A stretch of 63,281 nucleotides of DNA, the filler included, from Octopus bimaculoides (lineage: Eukaryota), in the NCBI RefSeq assembly GCF_001194135.2. It is 6 parts of 5 records of this genome, joined end to end, with 100 filler letters (N's around TTAATTAATTAA, not from the genome) between each part and the next. Parts side by side here need not be neighbours in the genome. Positions count along the whole stretch, not along the records: positions 17,131 to 41,421 come from NC_068982.1; 5 more parts are not named here. One strand, written 5' to 3'. Below, piece after piece: positions 23,525-36,480 of this stretch. The notes under the pieces were generated by a model. The model ran no database searches, was not told where the DNA came from, and saw nothing but the letters and a program-made list of their open reading frames with translations. Position 1 is the first letter of the stretch. The number at the start of each line of letters is the position of its first letter. Both the position numbers and the translations under genes were made by a program.

Positions 23525-25160
23525 TTTGTTTTAATTAGGGTGAATCCAGTCCATCGCCCTTCACTTTGTTCTTCATTAAAAGGAAGTACAGTAGGACCAA
23601 TGAAGTACCGACCGAATTCCAACGTATTTCTGATTAATCTGATACGTCAATAAAGTAATTCTGTTTAAATATTTGATTTTTATGCATACACTTAACAAAT
23701 ATTTCATCGAGGGATTCACAACCTTACTGTTACCTAGAAACGACAACCTTTTAGTATATTTGCACTCACAATTCAGTTTTTATGTTAAAGCAATTGTATC
23801 TATGTGATTGTCATATACCAACTGTTAATATATATTTAGACCTGTGTTTCTCATGATGGGGCACGGGTTAATTCAGAAAGAGGTGTAACTAAGTCACAAT
23901 TGAATAAAACTTGCAATAAATGTTTAATGAAAAGTTTTTTTGAACAGATATATGTTGTGTACTAACTTTTTTCTCTTCTTGGTGGAGTGCAAGTTCTTTT
24001 TGGGAAATAGCCGTAGGGCGTGGGAAAAAACTAATTTAGACATAAAAATATGCATTTATTATGCATATACCTTTTACAAAAGTATCAACTTCGTGTTGGT
24101 GTTGTAAATGTTGGTGGCGGTGTTGATTATTTCATTTGAGAAGGCAGAAAGCAAGATTTGTAGAATTATGACTGAGATAACGAATGATAACTTACCTTAT
24201 CGATTTCGTGGGGAGGAAATAATGTTGATTCCGGCGGATATTCAGCGCCGGAATTGTGAAATGGGGAATATTGATAAATAAAACAACACATGAATTGTTC
24301 TATCAACTATACTACAAAGTAGTGGCGGGACTGGGGACCCAAATCTATGAAAGTGTAACCAAAGAATGTAAGATTATATTATCGGAGAATTTTGCGATCA
24401 GTAAGACTAAATCTATGAAAAGTAACTAACAAGAAAGTACAGAAAGCGAGCAATAAATAGGTATGCTCTAAATAATAGTAGTTCATGAAAGAAGGTCTAA
24501 CGATGAAAATACAACCAAAGAATAGCGCTGCCAATATTAGGAATTCTCGTGAAGAATTCTTCTCCATCTTCTTATAAATTGTTACTAATGTTTTTATATC
24601 AACAAACACACGCACCTATGTGAGTGTGTTGTTGAAACGGGATAAACGTCCTTCTGTTTTCTGGTTACTAACTCAATTCCAGTGCAATGGGATGCAATCA
24701 GAATTATGTTGCTGACCAGGTCAGAGACGTTGTGACACTTCACGGAATATAGAAGATGAGGTAAATAAAAACTGGAATATAACAGTTTATTTGATCTAAA
24801 ACGAGAAAAAATTCACGAGGTATTGATATATGTGTGTGTGTATAAAGTGGAGTGGGGAGTATATATATGCAGGATGTCTATATACTTAGATATATATATA
24901 TATACATATGTGCAGATATAGTCGGAAACAGTTGTTATCAATGCTGACGATAAAATGGTAATAAATCTATCGATGAATACAAGCATGTATATTACATGTA
25001 AATATATGTATGTGTATGTAAGGCTATAACTATACAACACACGTATACATAAGCACACACACACACACACACATATACATACATATATAACCAGATTTTA
25101 TATGAGAAGGATTCTTCTGTCGTCAGACAACGTATGAAAGTACGTTCGATAAACACACGT

Positions 25161-25191
<31 letters not shown>

Positions 25192-25641
25192 CACAAACAT
25201 GCTTACACAAACCCCACATATGTATACACATACACATTAAAAATAAACACTATATATACTTATATATAAATATATATATACACAAATATATACATATACA
25301 TACATAATGTATATATGTGTGTGGGTATATATATATATATATATATNNNNNNNNNNNNNNNNNNNNNNNNNNNNNNNNNNNNNNNNNNNNNNNNNNNNNN
25401 NNNNNNNNNNNNNNNNNNNNNNNNNNNNNNNNNNNNNNNNNNNNNNNNNNNNNNNNNNNNNNNNNNNNNNNNNNNNNNNNNNNNNNNNNNNNNNNNNNNN
25501 NNNNNNNNNNNNNNNNNNNNNNNNNNNNNNNNNNNNNNNNNNNNNNNNNNNNNNNNNNNNNNNNNNNNNNNNNNNNNNNNNNNNNNNNNNNNNNNNNNNN
25601 NNNNNNNNNNNNNNNNNNNNNNNNNNNNNNNNNNNNNNNNN

Positions 25642-25688
<47 letters not shown>

Positions 25689-25786
25689 GTTGCAGACATA
25701 CACCAAATGTAATCTTTTTCTTAAATGCATATGAATATTATTTTTGTTAAATTTTATACTCGTAATTTGATGTGTTTTTAAAGATG

Positions 25787-25792
25787 TTTATT
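25787..25792 (-). terminator. Candidate AATAAA polyadenylation signal for the WH1 gene (alternative at 26236-26241)
   Basis: TTTATT on the plus strand, ~570 nt past the stop in an AT-rich 3' flank; motif match only. Confidence 0.3.
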
Positions 25793-26354
25793 TCTTTCTT
25801 TTTTGTCATTTTTTTTTAAAGATTTGTTAACTAAACTTTATCCTTTCATCTTCATACGAAAATATATAAAAGCAACACAATTCTGAAAAATATTGCTGTA
25901 CTTTTCTTTTCTTTCCATTCAGTATTTCTTAAGGCGATTTACTGTCCCTTTCAGTTCGGAGACAAAGAAAAAAAAAAAAATAATAATAAAAGAGAAAAAT
26001 TAATGGGAAAAAAAAATCAACAAAAACCTAATAACTCCCAATGTTTCAACATTTTTTTCTCCCATTCTGTTTTCAGTTTCTTTTTATCTGTTAATACTTA
26101 TTTCTTTTCGTCATTTTTTTGTTCGGTAATCACTTTTCTATTGCTTAGAAGATTGTTACCACGATATATCATTCTTGTTTATACATACATACATACCTAT
26201 ATATATATATATCACTCCAAGCTATATGTTAGTTTTTTATTCTTACATTTTTTTTAACGTCCATTTGTTTTTATATGCCAACTGCTATGGTTTGTTCAAA
26301 ATATGTTTCTTGAAAATATGTATTTTTACTGTTTAATCGGACTAGTTTACACAG

Positions 26355-27377
26355 TTACTTATACTGCTCAGTAGCGGAGTCTTCTGACAGCTCAGAACTA
26401 CTTGAATGTTTCATTTCACTTGGGAGCGTACTTTTGAACGCACAAGCGGCATTGCCGCTATTGTCTGTGCGTTCCAGTTTAGTAACATGAACGAAACAAC
26501 AAGGCTGCGATATGTCTGTTTTTCTGGGAGCTTTGAATTTCTTATTTTTCGGTTTCTGTTCTTTCTTTTTGTTTTTCTTCGACCGGCTTAAGTTAAGGAT
26601 GTCGTCATTTGGGTCAGAGGTTAACTGTCGTAAAACTTCGTAGAACTGAGCCGCTGCCTCAGTGTCATCAAAGCTGAGGCCAGCTAATTTCGTATGGTCG
26701 ATAGAGATGTGCAAGGTGTGGAAACTCGAACTTGGAGCGCTATATTTTGTCAAATGATCTATTACATCTTTCCACATCACAAAACCCGTTCCTTTTTCAG
26801 CAAGAATGAAATGTAGTCTTCTTTTCCGGTGATGTTCGCCAGTGTCTAGCACTAACAACGGTATACCTGTCATGGCATATTCCCATTGATCACATTCGGA
26901 TGACTGGCGCACAGAGCCGAAGTATAAATTTGCTTGACAGTGGCAAACAAATACTTCAGTCTTGTGACTTTTATAAAACATTTCAACCTGAAGGAGATCG
27001 TGCTCTGAAAGAGTTTCTGAAACACCTGTGCTTGACGTGCTTGCTGTCGAGGGCGGCACATCAGAAATATCGGAAGATGCGTCGGACATGGGTGTTTTTT
27101 TCAAATTATTTCTCGTATTATCACACTGCGACAACATTTTACCTAATGAATCATACTTTTCTGTAATGCGTCGAATGCCGTCTCTAATTTGGTCGGGTGC
27201 AACTTTCTGGTGTGGGTTGTTTTTTAGAATCCTTTCTGTTGAGCAATAGAGTGGTGTTTCACCACTTCTATTCAATTTCTGCTGCTGCTTAACGGCAGCA
27301 GCAGCGGCCAAAAGACTACTCTCAGTGTTACGATCTGTAGCTTCTTCTTTAATCATGTACAAATGACCAGCATCCAT
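26355..27377 (-). CDS. 340-aa WH1/EVH1-domain protein with basic patch and partial CRIB motif (WASP N-terminal-like; resembles insect MESR3-type proteins from memory, unverified)
   Basis: Long uninterrupted non-repetitive ORF with AAACATGG start context. EVH1-like block (CQANLYF...QWEYAMTGIPLLVLD...FILAEKGTGFVMWKDVI...FHTLH...LAGLSFDDTEAAAQFYEVL), lysine-rich KKNKKKEQKPKNKKFK, then ISQPCCFVHV (CRIB consensus ISxPxxFxH). Confidence 0.9.
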   Translation of the reverse strand: MDAGHLYMIKEEATDRNTESSLLAAAAAVKQQQKLNRSGETPLYCSTERILKNNPHQKVAPDQIRDGIRRITEKYDSLGKMLSQCDNTRNNLKKTPMSDASSDISDVPPSTASTSSTGVSETLSEHDLLQVEMFYKSHKTEVFVCHCQANLYFGSVRQSSECDQWEYAMTGIPLLVLDTGEHHRKRRLHFILAEKGTGFVMWKDVIDHLTKYSAPSSSFHTLHISIDHTKLAGLSFDDTEAAAQFYEVLRQLTSDPNDDILNLSRSKKNKKKEQKPKNKKFKAPRKTDISQPCCFVHVTKLERTDNSGNAACAFKSTLPSEMKHSSSSELSEDSATEQYK

Positions 27378-27396
27378 GTTTAAACTTACTTTAATT

Positions 27397-27438
27397 CTAT
27401 GATAAACTGACCACGTAAATATGGTGATACAGCATCAT
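27397..27438 (-). promoter_or_regulatory. 13-codon upstream ORF in the 5' UTR (MMLYHHIYVVSLS*)
   Basis: ATGATG at 27438-27433 and TAG at 27399-27397, ending 19 nt before the main ATG and downstream of the putative acceptor. Confidence 0.5.
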
Positions 27439-27629
27439 GGATTGTGTAGGAATTATGTAAAGTGGGGGAGGGTTGGTGTAATGATTTGCGTATATGAACG
27501 ATGATTAAATGGATATGTATGTGGGACTGTGTGTATGAGTGGATGTGTAAGCACGTGTGTTATATATGTATATTTGGATTAATATTTAAATAAATCAAAG
27601 TCGTAGACTTCCGAGTGAATTTCTGGAAC

Positions 27630-27655
27630 CTGCAAAGAGAAAATAAAATAGTTTT
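27630..27655 (-). promoter_or_regulatory. Putative 3' splice acceptor of the single coding exon
   Basis: Minus strand TATTTTATTTTCTCTTTGCAG|GTTCC, 252 nt upstream of the ATG; implies at least one upstream non-coding exon. Confidence 0.65.
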
Positions 27656-29431
27656 AGTATAAATTCAAGCAAAGAAAAAAAAAAAGAAAAAAAAAGGAAA
27701 GAATGTACTTTTACATATAAAAATGGAGAGGTATTTTTATAGATAAAACTGAGTTTCTGAAGGAAATTATTTGATAACACAAACCGAAAAATATGATTAC
27801 AGTATTCACGTTTGTCTTTTATATTGCTTCCATTTGAAATAATACCGTGTATATAATACATTACATGCATAACTCATAGGATGGACATGTACGCGTGTGT
27901 GTGCTCGCGCGTTTCTTTACATTAGATCGTAATTCAAAAGCATCGAGAAATGTGAAAAAAAGTCTCTTTTACGAAATAGTTCGATCACGAGTGTAGCTAT
28001 TTCTCAATATATAGGATTAAAAAAAAACCCTTTTAAAACAGAATATAATGGGGGAGGGGTGGCATCTGCCAACAGGGCCCGAACAGTGTGCAGGACGATC
28101 ATGATATTTCACAAAAGCGACTCTCCGACTTACAGTCGTCCGAATTGGAAGCTTTAATCTTAGAATTAAAAAACAAAGTTTGTTATGGTACAACACTGAG
28201 AAATATGAAAATAAACCTCTTTTAAAAAGTAGCTCAAATGCTACTTTTATACTATATATGTAGTATAATGCTACTTTTATACATACACACACATACATAC
28301 ATAAACGTTTGAACAGAAAAAGCAGACTACCGCCATTTCTGTTTTTCTTTTGGCAAAATACTATCTTTTTTTTCAAATAATCATCGCCAGCGAATATCTT
28401 GGATTTTACCATTTCCGAAAAAGCAGAATCTATTCCTGTATAATCTGAAATCAGAACCACAGGAATCGAAATAATTGCATAAATAAATATGGTAATGCAG
28501 TTAATTAACTCTCTGTTACGTATACTATATCTACTACTCACCCTGCATACATATATATATATATACATTGCACTCATACATATAAGTTGATTCGAACGTA
28601 TGGTGCTTATCTCCGGTTACCGTAATACTAATGGATAAGACACAGATCTCTTCAAGATAGAATGGTAGTCTATTATGAGTTAACTTCCCAAAAGGTGAAT
28701 ACATATCATAACAGTTAAGTAGACTAGCGTCTGGCTGTGTACGTAAACAAGTTTGTATAGCTAAAATTACTTTCTGCGTATATTCACACCATACATTGTC
28801 TTAATAACAGCAATAAAACAAACAAACAAGGTAAGTCTATAGAGCTTCGATATTTCACCTTTGAAGAACTTTACATTGACCTGCCCTTGTGGTTATTAAA
28901 GAAATCCTACGCGAACAGGATTGACCTTCGGTTAAACAACAACAACGTACTTCACATAAAACCTAAGTAGTAACCTACAAGTCGGTAACAAATCAAAGAT
29001 GGCTGATGTTCTTTAGAGTAGCAAGTACCGATCTCATCAAATGTAAGCAAAATCTGGTACTGACTGAAGAGTAACGACCTATTTGTCAATAAAAGACATT
29101 AACACCATATGTCACTGTATCATACTGAGTTTCGATGCTTTGCTGAATTCAGTAGCGGTCAGGCTTGTTTAAACTTGAGAACAGGTATAAATTAAAAACA
29201 AAAATCTCAAATCACTTATGCTCTTGAAATTCGACCGAGTAAGCTGACACACAGAAATAATGTAACTTTTTTCTATAATTCATACACAAAATCAAATATT
29301 AAAAGAGACCTAAATAGTCCGTTATCATTTTTAGATTTTGAATTTCTTTTCTACAATTTTAAAAGAAAAAGCGATTAAACATATATACATTTTGCACAGA
29401 TATATATATGTGTATGTGTTTGTATCACGCA

Positions 29432-29478
<47 letters not shown>

Positions 29479-30759
29479 AAATGTACAGTTTTATACAGGA
29501 TGTAAACGCCATCATGTGAAAGAGAATGTTAAATTTCTGGTCATTAGTTGGATTTCTGGTCAAAGTCGACATCATTTATAATTTATTATTTTACAAGAAA
29601 ATTACGATTTTTAATTGCTACCGAAATAAGTGATACTGAAAAAAATTATACAAGACTAACTTTTAACGTTAAACCCAAATACAAACAGAATGATATACTG
29701 TAAACACGGTTGCAATTTGAAATGAAACGTATAGGTGAACTATTTTTTTTCTAACGTGTGCATCAACTTAAAGACGAGAGTTTTGGCATTGGTCCATGCA
29801 CAAACAGTAAATGTAAATTCCATGAAAAACTGACACACAATAATACTGCTTTCTACATCTGACACATTATACCGTAATCTTAATCATTAATCCGATTCTT
29901 GTTTCGTGAAGACAAAGAACAGGTAATTACACAATCAACAAACATGTAAGTATAGTGTAAAATAAACAGTCACTAAGACACGTACACGTGTCCTTCTACC
30001 TACACATACATTATCATATGTACAGTTTGGCTTCTCCGGGCTTATGTTCTTGTTGAGGTCACCATACGCATACATAAATTCATCAAATTCATACTTAAAA
30101 TGAGATACATTCACATAAATATAAATATATATATATTTACACAAACATGCATCAATTAGCTAAAAGTAAATAACGAAAATTACATTGACATCTATCAGTC
30201 AATGATCGTGTTAGTGTGAACTGGTGTCGAGTGACATTGGCACACATATCATGATATCAAGTGTCGTCTACCTTACACCTGATAGCTCAGACATGCTTTT
30301 CTTAGTGAGTATACAGTGCAGGTAACTGTACGCTGTTGAGACGGTAACGGTGTAATTAACGCTACTTACAGCAGTTTAATGTTGTCATTGATTCAATCGA
30401 GTAGTTAGGTGGAGTCGGTTTGTTTTAACAGTCTGATTCTCGACATTCTAATGATTTTAGCACATTCACCATTAATGTATGAATTTACATATGAATGTAT
30501 ATAACTTCATGCGTATGTATACACACACACACACACACACACACATATTATACTCTCTCTGTCTCTCTTCATATATACATATATATGAAGAGATGTATAT
30601 ATATNNNNNNNNNNATATATATATATATACACACACACAAACACACACACATACACACACACACATACACACACACACATATATATATATATATAATACA
30701 AATAATATGTAAGTATATGCATATATACGTATATGTATGTACATACCTACATCTACGTG

Positions 30760-30790
<31 letters not shown>

Positions 30791-30809
30791 AGGATTCACA
30801 CTCTCTATA

Positions 30810-31101
30810 ACTAATGTCTGTTTGTCTCAGATCGTGAATGATCTGCATACAGTAGTCTCCTCAGACGATAAAATGCGTTTGTGTAACCAAACGATCCGGC
30901 GCGAATGCCAAGCAGCACAGCATGTCGTTTCCAAATTTCTCGCATAGTGAATTGTGTCATGGTGCTGTTTTTCTCACAGACGGTGCGCAACTGACCTTAC
31001 TATACTCTGTAGTCGACAAAAAAACCAAAAAAAAAAAAACCAATGCGCATGCGTGAAATTAAAAATATAAAATGGCGACAATTTACCCATCGCACCCTGT
31101 A
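30810..31101 (-). mobile_element. Tc1/mariner-superfamily transposon left end with transposase start
   Basis: Begins TA-CAGGGTGCGATGGGTAAATTGTCGCCATTTT, followed by MTQFTMREIWKRHAVLLGIRAGS; the family is recognised from memory. The other end was not found. Confidence 0.55.
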
Positions 31102-32743
31102 TATATGAATTTTCTCGGAAACCCGAATATCACAGCCATTCTTACATCCATACCATCTTCTAATATCTTCCGAAAATTAATACTTCAAATACTCTTATAA
31201 TTGAATTGGAACCCACTACGTTTAAGTACACAACTTGTTCAATTCATAGAAATGCAATTTTAAAACCTGCCCCTGTTTTCTTGTTACAACCACCACAGGC
31301 TAGTTTTATTTACTAAACAATAAAGTTTGAGGTGACTTAAATACCTAATAAACTATTAAATTGAATGAATAGAACAAAGATCATTGTTGTGATAGTTTTA
31401 TAAGAGCTGTGTTTAAGTAGGATGTCCCAGCATTGTGACAAAGATCATTCATTCTCAGAGGAAGAGGAAATTCACAAAACAATTGAGTAAACTTTGTCAT
31501 GAATATGACACTATACGAATGACTTTCACATAAAGAACTCCATTATTATGGTACTTATAGTGAAAGTTTGTGAAGTGTGGGGCGGACCGAGATCGTAAGC
31601 GCAATTCAGTTTTCACTACAGCTTAGCCACATTTAAATCACACGAACATACACACACAAAGATACAGTTAATATAATCATAACAAACCGAGACAAACTTT
31701 ACATTCCATCCCACAGGATTTGATTTATCGATCATGTTCCTTCACTAAAAATTTATGACCTCGAGTCATTGTGGTAACTCAAGTTATTAATAGAGGGCAC
31801 CATAGTAGGCATAATGTCTCCTAATGAGCTAAATCCCAGATCTAGCTTTCAATCCTAGCTTGAACTAGTTCTCTGCTTTTAACTTGTTAATGCTCCAGGG
31901 AAAGAAATGACGTTGCAATTTCCCACTTCCCTCAACTGAAAGGAAATGTCAAAACGTGCATTTATAAGAAATCATAATGTTTCAGTTGAACTCGGCACTC
32001 GAAGTCTTTTGGGGTGAAATATTGAATGATGAAGTAAAGTTTATGGATACTGAAACATTTATGAGTAAAAGAAAGCAAAAGGATTAGTATAAATTATATA
32101 TTGCAGATGAACCAGTGAAGAAATATTTATATACATATACATACATACGTCACCATTTTAAATTCAATATCCACTTCTTAATTGACGGCTTCTGTGCCTG
32201 TGTACACACACACACACACACACATGCACACTTATATTAAACGTATATATGTAAACATATATGTTTATGTATGTATTATTGCATAGATTTCAATTAGGAG
32301 ACCGAAATCTGTATAATCTTAAAGAAGAAATTAATGTTACGGAGTAGGGTAAGTTTTCTCTGAGGAGATGCGAGTCGTAACATGTGGCTATGTTGTATGA
32401 AGACGATAAACATAGAGCATATGCATATATACACACATACATACACACATAACACTTCATTTCTTTAAGTATTATTATATTTGTATCTCTGCACTTTGCC
32501 CTTACAGACACACAGGAATACGCGCAGACACACACACACACACACACGTCATCATCATCATCAGCACCCTCGTTTTACATATAACATTCACTATTTCAGT
32601 CACGGACGATTAAACATTTTTTATCATGAAATAGAGCATTTTGTATTGAAAACAAAACCCAATATATAATTTAGTTTTCGAATAGTAAGTAGCAGGCGCC
32701 CACATACGTCATGAGACCTATCACAAATTTGGAGCAATCACAA

Positions 32744-32805
<62 letters not shown>

Positions 32806-33016
32806 TGGGCGTGGAGGTAATAGTACAACATGCTTGTACTNNNNNNNNNNGTAGTAGTAGTAGTAGTGTGGGCGTGGAGGTAATAGTACAACATGCTTGT
32901 ACTTAATGGTGACGCTTGTAAGACAAAAACGAACGGCGTCAACAGGTTAAATAGTTGTAAGATACGCCCAGGCAGAGAACGAGAATGAAAGAGAAGCAAT
33001 TATCTATCTATCTATC

Positions 33017-33402
33017 TACTCTTTTACTTGTTTCAGTCATGTGACTGCGGCTATGCTGGAGCACCGCCTTTATAGTCGATCAAATCGACCTCAGAGCTTA
33101 TTGTTTGTAAGCCTAGTAATTATTCTATCGGTCTCTTTTGCCGAACCAGCATCGGTTGTCAAGCGATGTTGGGAGGGGGTGGCAAACACAGACACACAAA
33201 CATGTACACACAGATACACACATATATATATACATATATATACGACGGGCTTCTTTCAGTTTCCGTCTACCAAATCCACTCACAAGGCTTTGGTCGGCCC
33301 GAGGCTATAGTAGAAGACACTTGCCCAAGGTGCCACGCAGTGGGACTGAACCTGGAACCATGTAGTTCGTAAGCAAGTTATTTACCACACAGCCACTCCT
33401 AC
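33017..33402 (-). mobile_element. Essentially complete tRNA-derived SINE (head, internal CA/TA microsatellite, tail)
   Basis: Head homologous to 7660-7817 and tail homologous to 6178-6350, colinear. Confidence 0.88.
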
Positions 33403-33830
33403 GTCTATCTATTTATAAATTTTATATTCAAACGATGAAGATATCGGAAGAGTGAAACTTACTAATATCTACTTACTATCTGGGAACCTTCAGTTTGTAA
33501 TAAACTATAAACTCCATTTCATGTTTTGGGTACTGTCCCACGGTTTGTGTACACAAACTTTCACCAATACATATAGTTCAAGCCGTATCCGTATGTGTGT
33601 GAAGAACACATTTTAATTCGTACAAAACAAGAGAATCTTTTCGAAGGCGCGCCATGAAATACTTAACGATTTCAGACTTATAGTAATCGTTTATGCGATA
33701 GACTCGATACGAAATTGGGAGAAGAAAAATTTATTACAAACATAACTGTTACGGTAAAGTCTCCAAATGAGAAAGACACGCAAACAGATTAACAACGGTA
33801 TTTCCGGAGGAATAATTTCATTGGCAGCTC

Positions 33831-33873
<43 letters not shown>

Positions 33874-33888
33874 NNNNNNNNNNNNNNN

Positions 33889-33928
<40 letters not shown>

Positions 33929-34577
33929 GAGATGGTCATAAAGAGAGAGGAAAGAGAGAGGTAGATACAAAAAAAAAATGAATAGAAAAAGGACTTCCAG
34001 CTGGGGTTGTTGATCTGTTTTACGTTGAAGTCAGCATACTCGTAGAAACTCGTAAAGTAAAAAGACAGGGTTATTGGTTTATATATATATTCATGAATAT
34101 ATACTTACGAATATATGTATATGTAAGTGTGTGAACACATAAAAAGATAATATAAACATCTTTTGCCTGAGTTCAGAAAGTACGAGACATTCTTTTAATG
34201 TTAATATCGATGTAGTGTAAGGTATGAACATGTCTTTCAAGTAACATCAAACGAAGAAAAGAACCTTAAAATGTTTTAAAGACAGCTATCATATACTGAA
34301 GATTAGTAAAGCAAGGTAGTTTTACTGTTCTTTTCTAGGGAATGAAAACGTTTCCAGGTTTCCACGTGGTTTTTGGAAATGCAGTTAGGAGTATTTACAG
34401 CAGGACAAGATGTTTTGCGGCATACTTTCCGGTTCTTTGCTTTCTAAGATCAAATTCAGCTGAGGCCGGCTTTGCCTTTCATCCTTTCAGTGTTGATATA
34501 ATAAGCACTAGTAAAGTACTGGGGTCGACTTCCCATCTCCCATCAAAAACACTGCTGGCCTTGTGCCAAGATGAGAA

Positions 34578-34766
34578 AGAGTCGTAGTCGGAAACAATTA
34601 AGTGGGGAGTCGGAGTCGGTAAAATAGACCACAATCACTTAATTACATAGAGGAGTTGAAAACGCCAACAGTAGAGGAGTCGGAGGCGCCAACAGCAGAG
34701 GAGTCGGAGGCGCCAACAGCAGAGGAGTCGGAGTCGAAGTTTTTTCGTTTCGACTCCACGGCCCTG
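34578..34766. mobile_element. hAT-like MITE remnant with GAGTCG subterminal motifs and internal 24-bp tandem repeat
   Basis: Right end CGACTCCACGGCCCTG (rc CAGGGCCGTGGAGTCG); repeated GGAGTCG; unit AGAGGAGTCGGAGGCGCCAACAGC x~3.5 at 34649-34739. The left TIR is replaced by a SINE tail. Confidence 0.6.
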
Positions 34767-36309
34767 CTGTATAAAATAACCAGTGTAGTCAGTGAACAGA
34801 TAACGTAACACCTGCATTTGTTGTGTTGTTGATGTAAGCCATTCATCAAACCTAGATTACTCACGATCAAGTCCTTGCAAGCTTTCTGTTTCAATGACTA
34901 TGTTAACCAATGTGTACCTCCTTTTTCAAAGAGGGTGGGTGTGATTTAAGACAGATTTGGTTACTGTGTCGAGTGACTATTCAATGACTCCCTTGTTGGT
35001 CTATCTATTTAGAAATTTAAATACTTTGGTCATAAAACAAATAGCTCCAGTGACAAAATATGAACCATTGCAGTCTCAGTTTTATGAGCCTAGAACTCAT
35101 AAGACCGGTTACCCGGCTGCCATGGCGTATAAGTGACCGAGATCGCAAAATTCCTCCTCAATGGGACGCCGGTCCGTTCAAGGCCAGATGTTTTATTTTA
35201 TCGACTTCGAACAAATAAAAGGCAAAATTGACCTCCACAGGATTTGAACTCAGAACGTAAAGAGTCGAAAGAAATGCCACTAAGCATTTTCCCGACATGC
35301 TAATGATTCTGCCAGCACGCTGCCTTAAAAGCTCAGTATCTTGGTTTATTATAATTTCATGCGTTTTTGGAAAACCTGAACGAGTTTCGATGGTACGAAA
35401 AGAAAATTTACTTTGAGAGAAAAATAAACAAGTCACAGAAGATTATTACTCTACGCTTTCTGATAGAATTCATTCATTATATAAAGTTACACTTTCCCTT
35501 TGGGGAGAGGATGCTAGTTTACTATATATATAGTCTTTGGTGAAAACATGATACATTTGATACTTGCTACAAAAACTAGAGTTAATCTCCTCTTGTGGTT
35601 TTTGTATGTACAGCACAGAGTAGTTTATATGGTATAACTATTGAAATTCCCTTTTTTTAGAATTATTTATTTAATGTTAGATATAGTTAAATGTATTAGA
35701 AAAGCATGTCATCTTTCGCCAATATTTATTAAATGATTTGACACACACACACACACATATTGTGACCGTTGGTAGTTTGACCAGTACTGACTAGGTGTGT
35801 GTATTATATATATATGTTACATAATTTATCATGTATATTACGCAATTATACATTACATAATTTATTATATATCTGCATGTGTGCGTGTGTGCATGTAAAG
35901 GGCACTCCCATAGGTTTTGAGACATGAAGATCCAAGAATCCAATTTCAAAAATCATTTTCCCACAGAAGAGTACTAAGCTATTAGACTACCCACACAGAC
36001 GATGTGATTACACTGATAAAGGCTAGTACAGGATCAGCCGCATGTTTTAGAGAGTCTAAGAGCAGAAAAATGGTACACGTTCGTACCATGACTTACCCAA
36101 ATAACACTCCCCAGATAGGACTAATAGTTTCCAACTGACATACTTTAACGAGAGCTAAAGGGTAGCCCCACTCCTTTGGATTGAAAACGTGTTGACACCA
36201 AATGCATACATGCACGGACGGTTTTGTTGGCAAATGCCTTAGTGACAATCTAGAAAAGTTAGGGTTTTCAAAATAAGGAAATCAACCAACTAACACGAAC
36301 GTTATAAAT

Positions 36310-36480
36310 ACAATCTGTAAGCGGAACAGTAAAAATATGCAAGACTTTTCTCAATTTCAAAATGTGAATTTGTTTTGTTATTTACATTCCAACGATACAG
36401 CTTTGTATCTTCGTTAGAAACAAGCTCCTTCCTTCAAGGAAATCTTCGAATAATTAAAAACAGATGAGAATATACATACA
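36310..36480 (+). mobile_element. 3' UTR-only copy of the R4/Dong-like LINE
   Basis: Aligns by eye with 50945-51110 (TATGCAAGACTTTTCTCAA...AAAATGTGAATTTGTTTT...TAGAAAC..G.TCCTTCC...ATAATTAAAAACAGA) and with the 3' end of the 43500-44650 copy. Confidence 0.7.

Noticed and set aside
25090-25130. Minus-strand CTGACGA-C-AGAAG(AATC)CTTCT hairpin
   Set aside because: Good stem II but no GAAA, stem III or stem I; at best an unrecognisable relic.
28017-28577. 186-aa minus-strand ORF upstream of the WH1 gene
   Set aside because: AT-rich F/L/I/K composition, includes microsatellite, no recognisable domain; probably intronic.
31035-31080. NRF1-like TGCGCATGCG and YY1-like AAAATGGCG motifs suggesting a promoter
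   Set aside because: They lie inside the left end of a Tc1/mariner element; co-option as a promoter cannot be supported from sequence alone.
34649-34739. Regular 24-bp repeats resembling a CRISPR array
   Set aside because: Head-to-tail units without spacers, eukaryotic context and no cas genes.
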